This document shows positions 54,531-64,000 of a stretch of 64,000 nt of DNA, piece by piece (the stretch's first letter is position 1; every line of letters begins with the position of its first letter). The DNA lies in NCBI GenBank assembly GCA_012295275.1, contig CM022669.1:13082001-13146000 (forward strand), read 5' to 3'. This stretch comes from Chrysomallon squamiferum. Its lineage: Eukaryota > Animalia > Mollusca. A model generated the notes under the pieces. It ran no database searches and was not told the origin of the DNA. It worked only from the letters and a program-made list of their open reading frames with translations. The position numbers and the translations under genes were made by a program.

Positions 54531-57077
54531 GTATATGAATGCGCAATATGTTTAATTCATTAAATCGTACGGCAATGATTTTGCTGAATACAAATTGCAA
54601 AAGGTGAAAATTGGTTTTGTTCTAGATATTGTTCGCGTCTGTTGTTTTCTGTTTACCAAATCCCCGGCTATTGATAAACATACGAAATATCGAATAAAAA
54701 CCTTAATAACAGAAGAAAAAAAATGTTTTCTTTTGGAATACCTTCAGGTGAAAACATCTCCGCCTTTTGTCAGCCGAATAATTAATACAGATAACAATGC
54801 GTAAATATTTACCTTAACCGCAGACGATAAGAAGAAGAAAAAAAAAAAAAAAAAAAAAAAAAAATAGTAGGCAGAGAACAGAAGGAAATAAAGATTATAT
54901 GTTTGCCTTCAGGGAGGTCAGATACCCAACACAAGAGAAAAGAGATTCTAGCACCGTAACGCTTTGTCACGTTTATATGATTTCCAGCTCTGCGGCGGAA
55001 CGTAAAAACACTGCACGGCTCTGGCGAACGAAGACGTGCTCGGAAATAAAATGGCTTCTGAAACAAGCGAACCCCGTGAAATTTCCATCAAATGAGCCAT
55101 GGTGTTTGCTGTTAGCATAATTTTTTTTTTCTGTTTTTTTTTTTGTTTTTTTCTGTTTTTTTGCTACTATCATATTTGTGCACTTAAAGCCAAAACTTTG
55201 ATCGTATCGCTTTCAGACACAAGGCGATTAAGACACGAGTCATTTACCACTGCTGTTATGTTCCCGGCAAAACACGACGGGAACGCATAAACATGACGTG
55301 TATGAGGGAACAGCGATAAAATACGAGCCGATGGTTAGAAAAAAAAAATGAAGTCTTAAATGGTTTTTTATATTTTTTTATTATTATATATATTTATATC
55401 GTCATGCTTTGATCATCAAATTTGCGCTTTTCAATTTCTCCCGTAAGTGACGAGTAGTTAGTTGATTGCAAGTCGGTTTTGATGGAATGTCTCTTTAATA
55501 TTAACAACGTGTGAGATAGGATGTTCGTAAAATAGCTCTTAAATATTAACGTTATGGAAGAGTGTATGGTTTTTTGAAGACCGGCGAGGTATTCGAATAT
55601 CGGTACTTGAGAGAAAACCGATCACCATAAAAAGGGAAGTTATATTGCAGCAGCACCTTTAGATGACGAAAAATAAAGTTAGAAATATCTTCTTCATTTT
55701 CTTCTTCATCATCGTCGACGTTGTCATCTTTTTGAAGTACGATGCAACCTAAATTAACTCTAAAGATGGAGGATATGTGTTTAGATGAGAAATGGTTTTT
55801 TTTTTAAGAGAAATGTTTAAGTGCAACTGTCATAAGCGTCCATGACTTCATCATTTAGTCTGAGCAAGACAAACTCAAAGATATTTCAGTAAAATGGTTT
55901 CGTTTTAGTATCAGCAGTTCGGCAAAATCTTTAAAAGATTAGGCATTAAGCATTCACAAGATCATAAGATTTCTTTCTTTTGAACTATCATGATACTCAA
56001 ATTAGCAAACGTAATAGCTTCATTGCTTCAGTAAATCATTTCTTTTTGATACACATCATTGTCAGCATTAAGCTGTTATTTAAAATATATATTTTACCCT
56101 TTTGATCGGACAGTTAATGATTTTGATTTAATCTGATGCTGAATATGGAAGAGATCACTAAAAAGAATCTGAGTATTGCCGTATTGAAAAACAAAAGCAT
56201 AATTGGCTTTGTCTTTTTAATCATTTATTTCTAGAAAATGTAAACTGGCGCATTATATTTTGATATATAAAATATTTGAGATGAAGCGTTAAAACGGGAA
56301 ATGTCATGCATATGTTTTAATAAAATAAAATCTTTGACTTTAAAGTACAAAATAAACTAAAACTTAGTAACTGAAGTACTAATTAAATTATATACGTTAT
56401 ACAACAGGAATAGGTAACGACAGCTGTAATAGCAACAATAAATGTCATTATCGTCATCATCATTATTGTTACTGTTATTGCTATTATCATTGTTATCATC
56501 GTCGTTTATTTTAAACAGTACGTCCTTTATTTTTAAACTAATAAAAGTACATTCCTTAAGTTATTTTCGAATTTTAAAATGTTAATGATGCAAAAGAAAA
56601 TGATCTTTGCACAGCAAAAAACAACACTTTCTGATTCGTGTTTGAATTCTAACTTTCTCTTTGCTTCTGTTTCTGAATTCCTTTACGTCAGCCACCAAAC
56701 AAACCACAGTTTTTGAACACAGGAGAAAGAGAAAATGTATGTTCGTGTTTGAATGTTTTTTTAATTAAGATGAGCATTTCAGTTTAAAGAGATTTAGTTA
56801 CAAAACTTTCTCTTTCTGCTAAAGAAAATTAATTAATTCTAGACGACACTCGATATTCCGTTAATCGTTATTTATATCAAATGAAGTATTGCTGTTATTA
56901 ATATCATATTACGTGATTTTAAATATTTCATTTTAATGAAGCCAGATTTAATTAATCAGCAACAAATTAGCGTAGAATTATTGGACGCAAACTGAGAAAG
57001 CTAATATTTCATTAAATGCCTCGATTAAAACGTAGCAAAATAATGAAAAGATAATTTGAAGTGTTTATTATTGTTGA

Positions 57078-57114
<37 letters not shown>

Positions 57115-57151
57115 GATAATGCTTCTGTTCTTGTTACTTTTGGCATAATTT

Positions 57152-57183
<32 letters not shown>

Positions 57184-57435
57184 TAGACAGATAGACAGAC
57201 AGACAGACAGAATGTTATATTTGATTATTTCTGATCGCCCACACCTGAAACACGATTTCGGTCTATTTTCAGAAAACTAATTCAAAATGTTTTCATGTCA
57301 ATTTTATTACGTTTTGATGATTAAAAATGCTAAAACAGGATCATCACCGTCCGAAAATAAAACCATAAATTAAGTGATTTTCACCAAAACATGACACGAA
57401 AACCAAAATAAAAAGCCTGCTCTCGTTTGTGCCTA

Positions 57436-57591
57436 TGTGTGTTTGTGTGTGTGTGTGTGAATGCATGCATGTGTGTTTGTGTGTGTGTGTGAATGTATGC
57501 ATGTGTGCATCTGTGTGTGTGTGCCTGTATGTATACGTGTATCTGTGTTTGTGTGTATGTGTGGGTGTGCCTGTGTGTAGGTGTGTGTGTG

Positions 57592-57655
<64 letters not shown>
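57436..57655. repeat. (TG)n imperfect microsatellite
   Basis: Directly visible. Confidence 0.93.
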
Positions 57656-57658
<3 letters not shown>

Positions 57659-59085
57659 TGCCTGTCTGTCTCTCTATCTGTCTGTCAGGATGAGTTCTGT
57701 TTTTGTTTTTATATCTTTCACTTTTAATCTGTCAGTTTTTTCTCAAGACTGGCTTTTTATTGCCGAGTTCCTTTAAGCTGTTTGGTCTTCAGTCTGACCT
57801 CGTGAACTTCACAAGGCTGCACGTGAAGTGGACGAGAGTGTAGTTAATGAATGGAATTTAAATTGGTAAGTTATATCGCCTGGGTGTAGACGAAACTGTG
57901 TCAGGTTCCAAGAGTTTGGCTTCTGGCTGTACAACACGTCAAACCTGACCGGTCTTTGACTCAGAGTTATCGCCCTTAGAAATCTGAAAACCGGTCTAAA
58001 ATTGCAGACCATTAAAAATATTTTTTACGAAAACATCAGACGATCCTGTTTTTATATATATATATATATACGTCTCACAGGAGAAGTTATTGGCTAGTCT
58101 AACTATCTCATCAGTTTGCACATAATCTGATCCACATTCATTTTATCTATATCTGTAATGTTTAAGTAAATCATTAGAGGAATTTGTTTTTTAAGACTTT
58201 CTGGTTCCTGTCCCTTTTCTTAAAATTCTGGACGTTGAGTTTTGTTGCATAACTGAAAGAATATTATGGTCTCGTGTAATTTAATTCATTACAAAAATCG
58301 GAAGCGTTTTCTCGAAGACTGTATTATCGATAATTACCTTAAGTCGTTTGTCTTTTATTGGTGTCGCAAATTTGCTAATCACAACAACATCATTTTATTT
58401 GTAAACGCAATAATATCTAAAACGAAGCTCTGGGATTATTTGTTTGTATCTGAAAAAAAGGATTTCATCATAACAAGAGGAAATGTCAGAGTATATACAT
58501 CATCACAAATGTGTTTTTGTTTTACTTAGTAGTTTGTTATTAGAGGTCCTCGGTCGCAAGAAAGAAAACGAATTTAAAAATATACAAAATATGTAAACTT
58601 TTCGTTTGTTCACACTTTGTGACGGCGCGTTTTAACTGCACGTACACACTGAGTTTAACGACCGATTTAAAAGAAGAAAAGAAAAAGTTAAAACCAGCAT
58701 CGTTCCCTCGATAATAGCTGAATAATGGCAAACAGCGTCAATGTAGCCCACGACATTCACAAACAACTTGAACCGCTTATGGTGAACAATGGGTCGCTCG
58801 TAAACGCAGACGATAATTTCCACATTATGGAGCATAATGGAATCATTTAGAGCATTCGAGTTTTTTCTTTAAACTGAAAATGTGAAGAAAACTCGTCAAA
58901 GGAACGAGTGGAGATTGAAATAACTGTGTTATTTATATGATGACTGGTTTATTTATTAAGAACAACAAATGCCGTGTTTTGTGAGATGGACAGCTTTAAT
59001 AGGCATGTCAACAGTACTTTAGTTCCGAAATAAAAGTACATGTACGCCAGCTAATTCTAGAGCGATGTAGTAACAACAACACAAC

Positions 59086-59136
<51 letters not shown>

Positions 59137-59689
59137 TCAACAGTAATAACAGTGATTACAACAATAATCTCAACGACAACGTTAAAAAAAAATAGCAATA
59201 ATATTAACGGTAACAAAGATAATAACGATAAACAACAATAATAATAGCAATAATAGCAACGATAATAATATGAACAACAATAATAACAGTAACAACAACA
59301 ACAATAATAATTAATAATAACTGGGATCCATCCCTACTAGATAGGACAGCAACTGATCATTACAAAACTATAGTATTTCTGAAACTCAGACCAGTGGAAA
59401 TGAACTGGACAGAATTAAAATGTTTTGTGATACAATAAGACTTAGAATGTTTTATTTTGAATTTTATTTTTTACATTAATTAATTAATTAAATTGTTTCT
59501 AATTACTATTTTTATTTTATTGTATTTTGTTTTATTTTTTCGATTAATTAATTAATTTAATTCTTTTTCATTACTATTATTATTAGTAGTAATTCTTAAC
59601 CATACGATTTATGAAAGTTTGACTTAACATTATTGTTATTATGTTAATAATTATGTTATAGAGGATTTTACATCTTCTTTTTTTTTCTC

Positions 59690-59765
59690 AATGCCGGTAA
59701 CGAGACTCGATCCAACTATCTACCAGCCAGTATCAAGATCTGAAAGAGCTTAACCCAGTCTGGTG
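59690..59765 (-). mobile_element. Possible decayed tRNA-like SINE head
   Basis: The minus strand reads TGGGTTAAG...GGCTGGTAGATAGTTGGATCGAGTCTCG: a B-box-like GGATCGAGTC preceded by an A-box-like remnant. No cloverleaf. Confidence 0.3.
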
Positions 59766-60539
59766 TAACACGACCTCATGTCCGATCTCTTTATCCGTTT
59801 GTTTCCGCCAATTTCCGGCTAATCCCGTGCGCCATGTTTACTTACGAAGACTAATTACGTCGAATATGTTTAATTTGCCAGACTATAGTGAAACTCGATA
59901 CACCGTTTGTACGACTGGGATTGCCCGGATGTTGTTCAGAGTAGATACTAGAAAGTAAATTAACAACTCGCTCGCCGCTTGCTTTCGACAGATTAAAACG
60001 ACTGAAAATAATAAATCATTTTCTGAAATTCCTACGGTCTTATTTTGAAAAGTTTTGCACTTACCTTATCGGTTTAAGTTGCCAGCTTGTCTATCAATCA
60101 TATTATTGTGTATATCTTGTATATTAACACCTTTTTTTTTTTTATCATCGAGATTCCATGAAATTGAGTCTCACATTAAAAACCGTTATAACACTGTACC
60201 GTTAGATAATTTTAATCTACTTGCTATTATTTTCCGAAATTCCATTTACGTCCGTAGATAACCTTGCTAACGGTTGTTATAGATAACATTAAATTTATTT
60301 TTATTTTATGAGATGTTCTTGAGAACGTATTTGTAATGTAAACTGTTCATCACTGATTTTTTGGGGGGGGGTATGTGAAAAGAAATTAATGTATTTTTCT
60401 TTTTTTTTTTTTTATGATCTAGGAGAAACTGGTAATTCTGCTATATTTGGATGGAAGTTTGTGGATGATAAAACTACCATTAATATATTTTAAAAAAAGA
60501 AAAGAGAAGAAAAGGAAGAAAGAAAGAAAGAAAGAAAGA

Positions 60540-60587
60540 GAAGAAGAAGAAGAAGAAGAAGAAGAAGAAGAAGAAGAAGAAGAAGAA
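60540..60587. repeat. (GAA)n microsatellite
   Basis: Directly visible. Confidence 0.95.
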
Positions 60588-61051
60588 TATGTATGAACAA
60601 AATAAATGAAAGAATACGTACATACTTACAGAAAATAAGAGAAATAAAATACCAATAGAAACAAAATATTGCTTACACCTTTTTCTAGGGTAGAACAAGA
60701 GATTCCAACCGAGAGTTTAACATCTGTTCACTAAACTTAAGAAGAAAGCTTATAAAGTTGTCCATGCACAGTACACCAACAGTCTAGAACAAAGCAATGA
60801 CGTCATTAACATATGACGTTAACAATTAGTCCACAAGATCCTCTGCATATACTTAACGTGAAGGAATATGTGGAAATATATATGTAATATTCAAAAATCA
60901 AATGAATGGCGATACAGATGGACTAAATAAGCAGACAGAGTATTTAAAATCGGTGAGATTAGACTCAAAAAATTAAATATGATTTATTCTCTGTGTTTTG
61001 CATTAAAAGGCTGGAAGCAGTGAATGAACTCATAAGGCATGCGTGAATTCT

Positions 61052-61178
61052 ATTATTATCATCATCATCGTCATCATTATTGTTACTACTACTACTACTG
61101 CTACTACCACAACTACCACAACCACAACTACTACTACTACTACTACTACTATTATTATTGTTGTTGTTGTTGTTGTTG

Positions 61179-61254
<76 letters not shown>
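61052..61254. repeat. Compound triplet microsatellite (CAT/TAC/CAA/TGT/TAT)
   Basis: Directly visible. Confidence 0.93.
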
Positions 61255-62033
61255 TGTCACTTTGAAAGGATGTTTTGTTTTCTATAAAGGATATTTTTCC
61301 TCCAAAAAAGAAAATTAATATTAGACTGTCTTTATAAAATATGAATAATAACTACTGTTCATCAAATCTGTTTCAAATAATATCAAAACAAAGTAGTTGT
61401 TGTAATAGTAGCATACTAGTAGTTGTTGTTGTTGTATATGCAGTTACAAAAAAAAATTGTTGTAGTAATAGTAGTTGTTGTTGTATTAATAGTAGTTGTT
61501 GTTGTAGTAGTAATGATGATGATGATATTTCTGGTAAAAACATCATCAACAGCATCAACAAAAATAATGATAAAAATAATTTTTATATCCAATATAAAAA
61601 ATTCTGAAATGAATATATGATGCCTGCGACATATACACACGCATGAACGCACGCACACAGAATACTCATACATTATTAGAGTTTTCGTCTACAATACGTA
61701 GAGCTACTGATATAATTTCTAATTTTAATCTCCGCTCTGTGAAAGAAAACGCTGAGATGATGATAAAAAGGGGAAAAGAAAGAGAGAAGGAAAGAAAAGA
61801 AAAAAACTGCTGCAGTTCGATGGTTTAGTCTTTGTAGTAAATTTGTACCAGATTCTTCTTCAGATCACAAAGGGACATTATAAACAGAAAAATATAATAA
61901 TACTATACACTGCAGTATTCAAATATGTATTAGTGGCAAATAGTTTTGCATTGTTCGTTATAGCTTCTTCTTCAGCTTTTTAGCTGGTGACTTTAAAAAT
62001 AATTTTATTTATTTATTTATTATTTATTTATTT

Positions 62034-62103
<70 letters not shown>

Positions 62104-63878
62104 GAAATAACAACAAGAAGGGCTACAGAAAGAGATAATGTTAAATCTGAAAACGTTTACCGTCATCATTTTAAAACAAGACAGAATTTACGTCCATTTT
62201 AATTTTCCTTTTTCATTTTAGAAATTTGACAAAAACGTATTGAATTTAACATTAAAGAAAATACTTTTATTCTAAGATTAAAATAACAAAATTTACAAGA
62301 AAAAACATAAAATTTATTTTATTTTAGAAATAATTACATATGATGTATGTTTATTTAAGTGTGTATGTATGAAGGTATGTATGCAATAAACATGAGTATG
62401 TATATAAAAATTGTTAAATATTATAAATAAACCTTTACTATATAGACTGAGCCAACACGCATACACACACACAAACACACCAACACACACACTACTACAC
62501 CACACAGAGCGACACAAACGCGCGAGCGCGCACACACACGCACACACATTTCTGTTAACAAATCTGACAGCCGTTGTAGCATATTTGCACTGTCTGCAGT
62601 ATTCACCCCTTTTCATACACGTGGTACAGTTTAGCGTTACGCTGCTTTAAACAGCTGTTCAGAACTAACGATTACCAGTCAACTAATCTAGAACTGTTTC
62701 TCATCAACATGTATCCCATTTACAGCATTCATAAATTTAAACTATACTGTAAAATACCCATAACACATTTTGTACATTTCTGGAAAATGTTTTCTTTAGT
62801 AATGATGGTCAACCATTGTATATAATAAATCAGGGCAATAAAATAATAACTGTAGAGCGATACATTTAGGAATTTAGGATCCAAGGGTCCTCTGAATACG
62901 TCGTCACTGCGTACCATGAAAACACGAGCTTACGAAACGACGTATAAAGAGGAATTAATATAAATAATGCAGATACGTTCCAGATGCATCCATATTTTCA
63001 CCACTTAATTTACATAATAAATATATTGCAATGTACCTACAAACAATAATAAACGTCTAATATAAATTACTGTACAATATAAACAATAAAAAGAAATATG
63101 GAGTAAAAAAATATATATATATATATATAATACGATTTAAAAAAAAAAAAAAATTCGAAAAAAAAAATCTTTCGCTTTGCATATCGTGTATCAAAAAATC
63201 CAGTGTAACTGTGAAACAGAAAGGATGTTAATTGAAATACGGTCCCTTGTTTGTTGCTGACGTGTATGAGAAATGACGTACACAAAGAAAACGGCACGAA
63301 TAGCGAGGAGTCTTTGTAGTATTATTCGTGTTTTTAATCTACTCGCTGTTTTGCAGAGTAGTATCCAGTCAAAAAAAATCCTACCAGACTGAGGATACAG
63401 CAAGAGAATTTTAATTTGGTATTTATGTTTCTGTGATTCTACTAAATAACGTCATGATAGAAAGGGAAATAAATGCGTCCGTCACCTTGCTGTTTTCTTT
63501 CTTTAGTTTAAAGTTGTTTTAAATATACCAATGTTACTGTGTTCTGTGTATCTCTGCTTATATGTGAGTGTATATGTTTGTGTGTGTTTGTGTGTGTAAA
63601 TGTGTATATCTGTGGGTGTAAAATTATTTTCTAAATTCTTGTAGAGAAACAAATTTTCTCCATTTATTGCATACATACACACATACACATATAACATAAT
63701 ATACACATATAGTATACACATACTTACTTATACAAATATACATACATGAATGCTTATGTACATACATACATATATACAGGACGTCTGCCTTGACATTCCT
63801 GCGCTGAAGAATAAATATTTGATTGTTTTGGGGTTTTTGTTTTGTTTTGTGTTTTGTTTTTTCTCTGATCGACTGAGA

Positions 63879-63911
<33 letters not shown>

Positions 63912-64000
63912 GCATACATATATACATACATACATACGTACGTACGTACATATACATACATACATATATATAAATACATATAAACATGCCTATTCATAAA

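Noticed and set aside
55545-55748. Minus-strand open frame with an acidic stretch (DDNVDDDEEENEED)
   Set aside because: The acidic run derives from a decayed GAT/GAA microsatellite, the acceptor is weak and there is no good donor.
59690-59765. Functional tRNA gene
   Set aside because: Only degenerate A/B-box-like remnants, with no acceptor stem or cloverleaf.
59846-60001. Minus-strand segment with acceptor TTTTCAG and donor GTAAGT
   Set aside because: Stop codons occur before the donor in all three frames and the peptides are unrecognisable. At most a non-coding exon.

Overview
This is AT-rich, microsatellite-saturated animal genomic DNA. I can support no protein-coding gene, RNA gene, autonomous transposon or CRISPR array here. 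Almost every ORF in the supplied track is a read-through of a simple repeat (poly-SL, poly-ER, poly-I, poly-S/V/L, MYVC repeats). The rest are short and resemble no protein family I recognise. The window reads as a gene desert or a very large intron. It contains dozens of di-, tri- and tetranucleotide microsatellites, about ten minisatellites or local duplications, and a few decayed fragments that, from memory only, resemble a tRNA-derived SINE common in gastropod genomes, so a mollusc origin is plausible but unverified. Between the repeats lie many 200-600 bp complex, CpG-richer islands carrying transcription-factor-like motifs (RFX X-box, ETS, CRE/AP-1, bHLH E-box or CTCF-like). The best leads are a possible minus-strand promoter and first exon near 27.4-27.7 kb, a palindromic 13-mer found three times, an 82-bp hairpin-bearing triplication, and inverted (GA)n/(TC)n pairs. 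I did not find a convincing novel biological system.
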